Assembly: GCA_049643905.1 (NCBI GenBank)
Contig: JBARQW010000108.1
Span: 1 to 56,700 of the forward strand
Reading direction: 5' to 3'
Source: Candidatus Bipolaricaulia bacterium
GTDB lineage: Bacteria; Bipolaricaulota; Bipolaricaulia; UBA7950; UBA9294
DNA: 56,700 bases
Shown in pieces: positions 19,473 to 27,290 of this stretch. A program made the translations under genes and the position numbers. The notes below the pieces were generated by a model, which saw only the letters and a program-made list of their open reading frames with translations, was not told the origin of the DNA and searched no databases. How positions within the stretch are numbered: the first letter of the stretch is position 1; every line of letters starts with the position of its first letter.

Positions 19473-20818
19473 GGTCCCTCCTTTCCCAGCGGAACGGACA
19501 CAACCGGCACGAGCGCGACGCCTGACAGAGAGGCCGAAGTCGCCGCCTCGACTCGAACGGTCACGAGGTCGCCCGGGCCCGGACCGTCCGGTCGTCGATC
19601 TCCGTGAATGACCACGGTCCTGTGGTCGGCGGCCCGCCCCAGCCAAGCGCCTCCACGAGCCTCGCCCTCGATCAGAACCTCGACATCTTGTCCGATGAAC
19701 CGCTCGTTCTCCTCGAGGGCGATCGCCCTCTGGCGATCGAGAACGCGACGCAAACGCTGGCTCTTCTCAGCCTCTGGGACGTCGTCAACCAGGCTTGCGC
19801 TCTTCGTCCCCGGTCGGGGAGAGTACTTGGCGACGAAGATCGAGCCGAATCGTCCCCGCTCGACCAGATCCATTGATTCGACGAAGCCCGCTTCATCTTC
19901 CCCCGGGAATCCGACGATCAGATCGGTCGTGATGTTGATCCCAGGGACTATCTTCCTTGCGCTCTCCATGATCCCGAGGAACCGGTCCTTCGTGTAGCCA
20001 CGGTTCATTGCCCGCAGAATCGCATTGCTTCCCGACTGGCACGCGACGTGGAGATGCGGACAGACGTTGGGCGTTGAAGCGATCGTCTCCAGCACGTTCC
20101 TCGTCAGGTCTCGCGGATGAGAACTGGTGAACCTGACTCGGTCCGTTCCGATTCCGGCGACACGGCCCAGAAGCGAAGGGAAATCGCCAAACTCGGGGTG
20201 ATCGTGCCCGTAGGAGTTCACGTTCTGGCCCAACAGCAGGATCTCCCTGTGGCCGCTCGCCACGGCGTCTTCCACCTCGCCGTAGATCGCCTCAGGACGG
20301 CGGCTCCGCATCGGACCGCGAGCGTAGGGCACGATGCAATAGGAACAGAAGTTCGAGCAGCCTTCGGTGATCGTGACCATCGCGGTCACCGGACTCGATC
20401 GAACGTGCGGAACCTCGTCGATCGGCGCGTCTTCCGGCGCGTCGGCTCGACGACGACGATCTTCGAGAGTCCGTTCGATCAGCTCGGGCAGCATTTCATG
20501 TCCGCGCGCGCCGAAAACGAAGTCGATCGCCGGGAATCGCTCGAGCAAGGACTCCCCTCGAATCTGTCCCAAGCATCCTCCGACACCGAGGAGTAGATCG
20601 CGTCGACGCTTCTCCTCGACGACGGCACCGATGCGACCGTATACCTTCTCTTCCGCCTTCTGCCGCACCATGCATCCGTTGAACAACACCACGTCCGCAT
20701 CCTCGAGATCGTCCGCCAAGGCATACCCGGCACGACGGAGAAGGCCGGCGATTCCCTCCGATTGGTGCCGGTTCATCTGACAGCCCCAGGTTTCGACGTA
20801 CAGCCGCGTTTTCATCAT
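19469..20818 (-). CDS. miaB: tRNA methylthiotransferase MiaB (radical SAM, TRAM C-terminus)
   Basis: 'MMKTRLYVETWGCQMNRHQSE', radical-SAM 'EGCSNFCSYCIVPYARG', TRAM-like 'GQDVEVLIEGEARGG...GDLVTVRVEAA'. The track ORF to 21187 is a 123-codon over-extension. Confidence 0.9.
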   Translation of the reverse strand: MMKTRLYVETWGCQMNRHQSEGIAGLLRRAGYALADDLEDADVVLFNGCMVRQKAEEKVYGRIGAVVEEKRRRDLLLGVGGCLGQIRGESLLERFPAIDFVFGARGHEMLPELIERTLEDRRRRADAPEDAPIDEVPHVRSSPVTAMVTITEGCSNFCSYCIVPYARGPMRSRRPEAIYGEVEDAVASGHREILLLGQNVNSYGHDHPEFGDFPSLLGRVAGIGTDRVRFTSSHPRDLTRNVLETIASTPNVCPHLHVACQSGSNAILRAMNRGYTKDRFLGIMESARKIVPGINITTDLIVGFPGEDEAGFVESMDLVERGRFGSIFVAKYSPRPGTKSASLVDDVPEAEKSQRLRRVLDRQRAIALEENERFIGQDVEVLIEGEARGGAWLGRAADHRTVVIHGDRRPDGPGPGDLVTVRVEAATSASLSGVALVPVVSVPLGKEGP

Positions 20819-20828
20819 CAATCGAAAG

Positions 20829-20857
20829 ACTATACTGAATCGCCTGACAGGGGTCAA
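20829..20857 (-). promoter_or_regulatory. Sigma70-type promoter immediately upstream of miaB
   Basis: The minus strand reads TTGACC (20857-20852), a 17-nt spacer, then TATAGT (20834-20829). The -10 element ends only 10 nt before the ATG at 20818, and no SD is visible. Confidence 0.5.
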
Positions 20858-20938
20858 TTGCCCAAGGGAACTGGATGAGAGACTCCGACGACGCGGACTG
20901 GGCGCGGCTCCGACCGGTCCGGTACACTCGCTTCTGCC

Positions 20939-22273
20939 ATGTTGCGCCGTTGCGATCGGTACTTGCTTCGCGAGATGGTCGGGCCGTTCGTCCTCGCCCT
21001 GGCCGGACTTACCTTGTTCATTCTCCTCAACATCATCCTGTCTCTCTCCGATCTGATGGTCGATCGCGGCATCGGCATGCTGACGCTTCTCCGCATCGTG
21101 ATCTTGAAGATGCCGAGCCTCTTGGTGATCGCCGTGCCGATGAGCGCCCTCTTCGCGACGTTCCTCGGCCTCGGCCGTCTCGCCCACGATCGTGAGATCG
21201 TCGCCCTCGAGTCGATCGGAATCCCTCTACGAAGGATCTTGCTCCCGCTGATCATCGCCGCTGCCGTGATCGGGGCGGCCGATTTCGCGCTCTACAATTG
21301 GGGAGTTCCCGCGTCGGAACACGCGTACCAGCAGGCGCTCCGGGATGTCATCTTCCGTCAAGGAGTTCCGCGGATCACGGCCAACGCTTTCTTCAAGGGG
21401 GCGAACAATCAGTTCTTCTACATCCGCCGATACAACGAAGAGGAGGGGACACTCCACGACATCCACATTTACGACACGACCGGGCGGCTCTTCCCTCATG
21501 CAGAATCCAGGGTGACGATGATCACGGCGGAACTCGGAAGATGGACGGGGGCGGCGTGGCAGCTGGAAGCCGGAAACGTCTACGGCTTCGATTCGGACGG
21601 CCTCCTATCTTATTCAGGGAGCTTCGAAAGTCTGGCCATTCCCTTGGAGCAAAGCATTGAAGAGGTCCTCTCTCGTTCACGGACGCCGGCGGAGATGGGG
21701 ATCGCCGAACTCGTTCGCCGGATCGATCAGGCAAGGCGGACCGGTCAGCGTGCGGACGAGTTCGTCGTCGAAGCACACCTGAAAGGATCCCTTCCGTTGG
21801 CGACGATCGTGTTCGTCCTCTTCGGCGGCGCCGTCAGTCTGGCCTTCAATCCGCGAAGCCGTGCCGCCGGGATCGTCCTCGGCCTGCTCTTCGTCGGTCT
21901 CTTTCAGGGCGCGCTGTGGTGGACGCAGACCCTCGGTCGGCGAGGTGCGATGAACCCGGCTCTGGCTGCCTGGATTCCGGACTTGGTCTTCGGGGCAATC
22001 GGGCTCTTGCTCTTCCTTCGGGTCGACCGGCTCGCCTACCGCGATCTCTGGAGCCGTTGGCGCGCCCGCGTCTCGTGGTTCGCCGTCTTCCTTCTCCTCT
22101 TCGCGCTCCTCGGAAACAGTCAGGAGGCTCCACTCGACCTCTCGAGTGACGAGCTGTTCGTCTCGGAGGACCGATCGGAGTTTCGGGCCACTGGATCGGT
22201 CTCGGCCAGCTACCAAGGACCGCGCATCATGTCCGATCGGCTCGACCAGGTGAGAACCGAGGAGGACGAGTGA
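20939..22273 (+). CDS. LptF/LptG-family (YjgP/YjgQ) permease with an extra C-terminal TM helix and an OstA/LptC-like start
   Basis: 'RYLLREMVGPFVLALAGLTLFILL', 'LLRIVILKMPSLLVIAVPMSALFATFLGLGRLAHDREIVALESIGIP'. From about 22019 the tail adds 'RWRARVSWFAVFLLLFALLG' and 'LDLSSDELFVSEDRSEFRATGSVSASYQGPRIMSDRLDQ'. Confidence 0.8.
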   Translation: MLRRCDRYLLREMVGPFVLALAGLTLFILLNIILSLSDLMVDRGIGMLTLLRIVILKMPSLLVIAVPMSALFATFLGLGRLAHDREIVALESIGIPLRRILLPLIIAAAVIGAADFALYNWGVPASEHAYQQALRDVIFRQGVPRITANAFFKGANNQFFYIRRYNEEEGTLHDIHIYDTTGRLFPHAESRVTMITAELGRWTGAAWQLEAGNVYGFDSDGLLSYSGSFESLAIPLEQSIEEVLSRSRTPAEMGIAELVRRIDQARRTGQRADEFVVEAHLKGSLPLATIVFVLFGGAVSLAFNPRSRAAGIVLGLLFVGLFQGALWWTQTLGRRGAMNPALAAWIPDLVFGAIGLLLFLRVDRLAYRDLWSRWRARVSWFAVFLLLFALLGNSQEAPLDLSSDELFVSEDRSEFRATGSVSASYQGPRIMSDRLDQVRTEEDE

Positions 22274-22294
22274 CGGCTGGAGGCGTCCGGCTCC

Positions 22295-23153
22295 GTGCGT
22301 CTGGAGATGAGGGACGACGTTCAGCTCGTTGCGGACGACATGATCACTCACCTCGTCGAGGAAGGCGGGAGCGTCATCACAAGTCGCGTTGAGGCGGAGA
22401 CCTTCTCCGGGCAGAGCCGATTCGTCAACTCGATTGGAGAGGAGCACGAACTCTTCTTTCCCGTCGAACGGGGCACCGTGGCCTTCGACGAAACGGGAGA
22501 ACTCACTATGATCGAGGCCCACCACGGTGAGATCACAACGTGCAACTGCTGCGACGTCTCGCTGCAACGCCAGCCCTACACACTTAGTGCGAACCGCCTT
22601 CTCCTCTACACAGAAAGGCTCCTCGTCGCCTTCGGCCTCTCCGCCCGTGTGGCCGGCGTCTCCGCGTTCTGGCTACCCTTCTACGTCCGCCCACTGGAGG
22701 AGACGCTCGAGAGCCCGCTATGGAAACGCGCTCGGCTGGGATCGACAGGAGTCCTTCACGCTCGCTCTCTCCTCGAAGACTCAGGACCTTGCGATCTCGT
22801 GGGGCAGCACATTCATCCACGGCGCAAGCCCGTTCGCCTTCGATCGGACGGAGGCCGAGCACCGGTTCCACTGGCGACTCGAGAGCGAAGCACGCATCAG
22901 CGTACGCCTGTCCGGCGGCGGCGACTCCCACAAAATCTCGTGGCAGATCCCCTACGACTGGGAAGACGAACGGCTCGACGACTCGAGACTCGACCTCGAC
23001 GTGAACACGCCCAACGCCTCCATCTTCGTCTCGTCCGACGTTGACATGAACGACGGCACGCTTCTCTCGGCGAGCATCGATGTGGAGTTCACCACGAGCG
23101 AGGGATGGGGCCTCTCTTTCGACGCTCTGTTCGTGCCCGAAGTCGGTCGCTGA
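22295..23153 (+). pseudogene. OstA/LptD-like module, interrupted: same frame as lptF/G across a TGA, then a frame switch near 22715-22725
   Basis: The first frame reads 'GEITTCNCCDVSLQRQPYTLSANRLLLY...AFWLPFYVRPLEE', similar to the LptD 'TTC..PxW.l.a..i...vP.fY.P' region. Coding-like sequence then continues in the next frame: 'YGNALGWDRQESFTLALSS...IDVEFTTSEGWGLSFDALFVPEVGR'. After about 22725 the original frame becomes Arg-rich nonsense. Confidence 0.5.
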
Positions 23154-23199
23154 CACCGCCCTGTGGCATAATGGAGCCAAGCTGTGATTGGAGGGGGAA

Positions 23200-23298
23200 A
23201 TGGAAGCTGATCTTTCCGGACTCGTCTACTTCGTGATCGTCGCGATTCTGCTCGCCAAGGTCTTCGGGCTCGGCTGCGGCGGCGGGACGTGCAACTGA
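23200..23298 (+). CDS. 32-aa small membrane peptide with a Cys/Gly-rich tail (not in the ORF track)
   Basis: Translation 'MEADLSGLVYFVIVAILLAKVFGLGCGGGTCN'. GGAGGGGG lies 3 nt upstream of the ATG. Extended -10-like element TGgCATAAT at 23164-23172. The architecture recalls FeoB-associated Cys-rich membrane peptides. Confidence 0.45.
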   Translation: MEADLSGLVYFVIVAILLAKVFGLGCGGGTCN

Positions 23299-23390
23299 CC
23301 GTTGGATCTGACCCCACGCACCTTGAGGACCGGAGGCGGTGGCTGCGGGGAACGTGGCGCCGCCGGCAGTCAATCCGCTAGGATTTCGCC

Positions 23391-24182
23391 ATGCATCTAG
23401 GAATCGCACAGACCGAACCGGCATTCGGAGAACGCGAACGAAACATCGGCGAAGCTCTCGATCTCCTAGCGGGCGAATCTGCCGACCTTTGGGTCCTCCC
23501 CGAGTTTTTCGCCACAGGGTATCAGTTCAGATCCGCAAACGAAGTCGACGCGTTGGCCGAAGCGGTCCCCGCTGGACCGACGACCGATGCCTTGGCCGCC
23601 TACTGCCGGGAGCACGGCTGTCATATTGTCGCCGGACTCCCTGAGAGCTCCGAAGGTCGTGTCTACAACGCAGCCGTTCTCGTGGGCCCGGATGGCTTCA
23701 TCTCCTGCTACCGCAAGATCCACTTGTTCGGAGAGGAATCCCTCTACTTCGAGCCAGGCGACCGACCTTTCTCGGTCGCCGACACGGGGGGCGCACGCAT
23801 CGGCATCATGATCTGCTTCGACCATCTCTTCCCGGAGTCGGCTCGCTCCCTCGCCCTTCTGGGAGCTGATGTCATTGCACATCCGTCCAACCTGATCCTC
23901 CCCGATCTTGCCCAGCGCACGATGGCCGTTCGAGCACTGGAGAACGGCCTGTTCGCTGCGACCGCAAACCGCGTCGGGGAGGAAGCACGATCCGAGACAA
24001 CCCTTCGCTACACCGGGCAAAGCCAGATCATCTCACCCAGAGGAGAGATCCTCGCCCGACTCTCTCCGGACCGACCGGAGGTCGCGGTCGTTGAGATTGA
24101 CCTGACCGAGGCGCGCAGCAAGCGGATCACGTCTCGCAACGACAAGCTCGCCGACCGCCGCCCCGATCTCTACCGGCTCTAG
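23391..24182 (+). CDS. Carbon-nitrogen hydrolase (nitrilase superfamily)
   Basis: E-K-C triad contexts 'LWVLPEFF', 'YRKIHLF' and 'GIMICFDHLFPE'. No SD; TAGGAT lies 6 nt upstream of the ATG. Confidence 0.9.
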   Translation: MHLGIAQTEPAFGERERNIGEALDLLAGESADLWVLPEFFATGYQFRSANEVDALAEAVPAGPTTDALAAYCREHGCHIVAGLPESSEGRVYNAAVLVGPDGFISCYRKIHLFGEESLYFEPGDRPFSVADTGGARIGIMICFDHLFPESARSLALLGADVIAHPSNLILPDLAQRTMAVRALENGLFAATANRVGEEARSETTLRYTGQSQIISPRGEILARLSPDRPEVAVVEIDLTEARSKRITSRNDKLADRRPDLYRL

Positions 24183-24527
24183 TCCCATCCGATGGCCACT
24201 TCCGGAAATCTCACGATGGTAATGAGAGCACACGCGAGCGAGCGTCGACCGTCACGGACGTCACCACACGGACCATGAGGCTCGCCGACGACAGCGGGCT
24301 TGCCCCCAGTAAAGCCCTGGGGAACTACAGAACTGGGGAGATACATCCAACACGGGAAACCCATTCGCTCTTCACGCAGGGTTCACAATCCGCGGGCAGA
24401 ATTCACGTCGAGCAGCAGAAATGCTGCTCTCCGCTAAACCTCCTTGCGGATAGCCACCACACCGGCCGAGGAGGCTCCTCCGGGGTCTCCTCGGTTGCCT
24501 CTTTCTGGGGGCTTCGCCGAATGTCAG

Positions 24528-24809
24528 CTAGCCTCCGCCGACCGGCGGAAGAATCGTCAGTCGATCCCCGTCGCTCAGAACGGTCTTGAATCCCTCGCGA
24601 AGCTTGACGTTCCCACCATTGATCAGCACGTTGATGTGGCGACGAATCGAGCCGTCCCCGTCGAACAGCCGAGCCTCGGCCTGTGAGTGCCTCCCGACCC
24701 AGTCCCGTAGCGCAGTCTCAACGTCAGCGCCGTCGCGGAGCTCGATGAAGCGATATCCTTCGTCGAGATCCCGCTTGAATGAAAACGCGATCTCCAGCTC
24801 GATCCTCAT
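24528..24809 (-). CDS. MoaD/ThiS-family ubiquitin-like sulfur-carrier/modifier protein (C-terminal GG)
   Basis: 93 aa ending 'GDRLTILPPVGGG*'. ATG at 24809 forms an ATGA overlap with the amidohydrolase stop. The track ORF to 24944 is over-extended. Confidence 0.8.
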   Translation of the reverse strand: MRIELEIAFSFKRDLDEGYRFIELRDGADVETALRDWVGRHSQAEARLFDGDGSIRRHINVLINGGNVKLREGFKTVLSDGDRLTILPPVGGG

Positions 24810-26164
24810 CGCGCCTCGGTCAATCGCAGCGAGATCTCGTTGTGTTTCGGGATGAGATCGTAGACCGATTCGTTGATCAAGCGCCCGTCCCGGACGCGCC
24901 ACGAGCCGTTGACCATCGCGAGATCGACGCGGTCGGCGGCGCAATGCACAATCGCCGCGAGTGGATCCGCTTGCGCACCTGCGAACGCGATATCGGAGAG
25001 GTCGAATGCAATGAGGTCCGCCGCCTTGCCGACCTCGAGCGACCCGATCTCGTCTTCGCGATGGAGAACGCGGGCTCCGCCGATCGTCGCCATGCGGAGG
25101 GCCTCTCGCGCGTCCAATGAATCGGCGCCGCCGGCGACCCGCTGCAGGAGCATCGCTTGACGAACCTCACGGATCATGTTCGAGGAGTCATTGCTCGCTG
25201 AACCATCGACGGCAAGTCCGATCTTGATCCCCGTCCCCATCATCTGCACGACAGGCGCGATCCCCGAGCCGAGGGTCATGTTCGAACTCGGGCAGTGGGC
25301 CATGCCGACTGCGGCCCTCGACAGCTTGTCGATGTCCGACGCGTTCAGCACAACCAGGTGAGCGAACCAGACATCGTCCCGAAGCCAGCCGAGATCCTCC
25401 ATCAGGTCGACCGGCCGCGCGCCGAAGCGCTCCATGCAGTACGTCTCCTCGTCTTGCGTCTCAGCAAGATGCGTGTGCATCAGCACGGAGTGCTCCTCGG
25501 CGAGGGTCACCGTTTCGCGCATCAGGTCATGCGTCACCGAGAACGGAGAGCACGGCGCGAGCGCAATCCGCAGCATCGCGAGCGGCTCAGGATCGTGGTG
25601 CCGCTCGATCGCTCGCTGGCAGTCCTTCAGGATCTCTTCTTCCGACTGCACGACGGAATCCGGCGGGAGGCCGCCATCCTTCTTTGACAGTGACATCGAG
25701 CCGCGGCACGGATGGAACCGGATGCCGGCTTCCGTAGCCCCTTCGATATCCGCATCGAGAATCGCTCCACCGTTGCGGGGGAAGACGTAGCAGTGGTCGG
25801 TCGTCGTCGTCGCCCCGGACAGGAGAAGTTCGCCGCAGGCAACGGCCGACGCCACACGCATCCCCTCCTCATCGAGGCGCTTCCACCGTTCGTAGAGGAA
25901 GACGAGCCAATCGAACAGCTTCGCGTCCGACGCACCCGGAACATTCCGGAAGAGCGCCTGGTAGAGATGATGGTGCGTGTTGACGAATCCGGGAAGGAGG
26001 ATCTTCCCTCCTCCCCGAACGATCTCGTCGACCTCGATCCCGCTTGCGTCTTCGCCGACCCCCACGATCCGGTTCCCTTCGACGAGGACGTAGCCGCCGG
26101 CGATCTCACGCGCGTCGACGTCCATCGTCGCAACAAGATCGAAACCTGCGAACAGGGTCTTCAT
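24806..26164 (-). CDS. Metal-dependent amidohydrolase (TRZ/ATZ, 8-oxoguanine/aminonucleoside deaminase-like)
   Basis: 'LLPGFVNTHHHLYQ', 'MHTHLAETQDE', 'AHCPSSNMTLGSGIAP', 'GLAVDGSASND'. Confidence 0.9.
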   Translation of the reverse strand: MKTLFAGFDLVATMDVDAREIAGGYVLVEGNRIVGVGEDASGIEVDEIVRGGGKILLPGFVNTHHHLYQALFRNVPGASDAKLFDWLVFLYERWKRLDEEGMRVASAVACGELLLSGATTTTDHCYVFPRNGGAILDADIEGATEAGIRFHPCRGSMSLSKKDGGLPPDSVVQSEEEILKDCQRAIERHHDPEPLAMLRIALAPCSPFSVTHDLMRETVTLAEEHSVLMHTHLAETQDEETYCMERFGARPVDLMEDLGWLRDDVWFAHLVVLNASDIDKLSRAAVGMAHCPSSNMTLGSGIAPVVQMMGTGIKIGLAVDGSASNDSSNMIREVRQAMLLQRVAGGADSLDAREALRMATIGGARVLHREDEIGSLEVGKAADLIAFDLSDIAFAGAQADPLAAIVHCAADRVDLAMVNGSWRVRDGRLINESVYDLIPKHNEISLRLTEAR

Positions 26165-26171
26165 CGTTCCG

Positions 26172-27200
26172 CTATTGAGTCAGATCGACGCTGCTTGCCG
26201 TCTCGAGGAACGCGGCCAAGAGGTCGATCGTTGCCTCGATGTCCTTCACGCTGACCGTCTCCACCACCGAGTGCACGTAGCGGGTCGGAATACAGAGCGC
26301 CATCGCCGCCGATCCTTCCCGAGCGATCTGGAGAGCCGCAGCGTCGGTTCCGCCGCGTCCGGGAACGACGACCTGATACGGGATCTTCCGCTCCTCGGCC
26401 AGTTCACGGAGCGCCTTGACGAGCAGCGGATGCCAGACGCCGCGCGCGTCCTTCAGCGTGATCGCCGTCCCGCCGCCCTGCTTCGAGACGTGGCGGTTCT
26501 CCGGAACGTCGGCCGTGTCGGCTGCAATACAGACGTCGAGCGCGATCGCGATGTCGGGGTTGATGCTGTACCCGGAGACGTGGGCCCCGCGAAGGCCGAC
26601 TTCTTCCTGCGTCGTCGCCACGAGGTAGAAGTCGCAGTCGAGCTTCTTCGCCTTCTTCATCGCCTCGATTCCCACGTAGACGCCGAGCCTGTCGTCGAGC
26701 GCCTTCCCGGAGACCACGTCTCCGTACTCGATGTACGACTGGCGGAGCGTGACCACGTCACCGATGGACACCTTCTCGCAGACCGTTTCGCCGGGAAGGC
26801 CCACGTCGACGAACAGGTCCTCCAGTTTGACCGGTTTCTTTCGCTCTTCGTCTGTCAGGATGTGGATCGGCTTCCGTCCGATGCAACCGGGGAGGAGTCC
26901 GTCACTCGTGTGAACGTCCACTCGCTGAGCTACGAGCGTCACGGGGTCGAAGCCTCCGACCGGCTGGATCCGGAGGAATCCCGCCTTCTCGATGTGACTG
27001 ACGAGAAACCCGATCTCGTCCATGTGGCCGGCGACAAGGACGACGGGGCCGTCTCCCTTCTTGTGCGCGATCACGTTTCCGAGGTGATCGACCTCGACCG
27101 TGTCGACGTGATCCTTCAGCGCCTCCACGATGACCTGGCGGACCGGTGCCTCGTAGCCGGAGATTCCGTGGGCCTCACTGAGCCTCTTCAGCAGTTCCAT
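26172..27200 (-). CDS. M42 family aminopeptidase (FrvX/PepA-like)
   Basis: 'MELLKRLSEAHGISGYE', 'VAGHMDEIGFLVSHIE', 'ALDDRLGV', 'TTQEEVGLRGA'. ATG at 27200 follows GAAGGAGGG. The track ORF to 27488 is over-extended. Confidence 0.9.
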   Translation of the reverse strand: MELLKRLSEAHGISGYEAPVRQVIVEALKDHVDTVEVDHLGNVIAHKKGDGPVVLVAGHMDEIGFLVSHIEKAGFLRIQPVGGFDPVTLVAQRVDVHTSDGLLPGCIGRKPIHILTDEERKKPVKLEDLFVDVGLPGETVCEKVSIGDVVTLRQSYIEYGDVVSGKALDDRLGVYVGIEAMKKAKKLDCDFYLVATTQEEVGLRGAHVSGYSINPDIAIALDVCIAADTADVPENRHVSKQGGGTAITLKDARGVWHPLLVKALRELAEERKIPYQVVVPGRGGTDAAALQIAREGSAAMALCIPTRYVHSVVETVSVKDIEATIDLLAAFLETASSVDLTQ

Positions 27201-27222
27201 ACACCCTCCTTCAGACGAGGAT

Positions 27223-27250
27223 AGTGTAGCCTTTCCCCGGTTCAGTTCAA
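27223..27250 (-). promoter_or_regulatory. Candidate sigma70-type promoter for the M42-amidohydrolase-MoaD operon
   Basis: The minus strand reads TTGAAC (27250-27245), a 16-nt spacer, then TACACT (27228-27223), about 22 nt upstream of the ATG at 27200. Confidence 0.35.
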
Positions 27251-27290
27251 TCGTTTGCCGCTCTTCCGGGCGAGCGAGTACCATCCCGCC

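Noticed and set aside
19473-21187. 5' over-extensions of track ORFs. Affected genes: miaB to 21187, pfkB to 19646, M42 to 27488, hypothetical to 39108, TlpA from 43803, pmbA from 47432, HAD to 52788, moaD to 24944, ricT from 8041, hflX to 10444
   Set aside because: In each case the extension overlaps a neighbouring real gene or is low-complexity. An internal start with an SD, or an ATGA coupling, matches the known family N-terminus.
24183-24527. RNase P RNA, tmRNA or SRP RNA in the long spacer
   Set aside because: I did not find the P4 'GAGGAAAGUCC...ACAGAA..CGGCUUA' spacing, a tmRNA tag frame with 3' tRNA-like end, or the SRP 'GGAAGCAGCC' domain IV motif on either strand. It is kept only as an unclassified ncRNA candidate.
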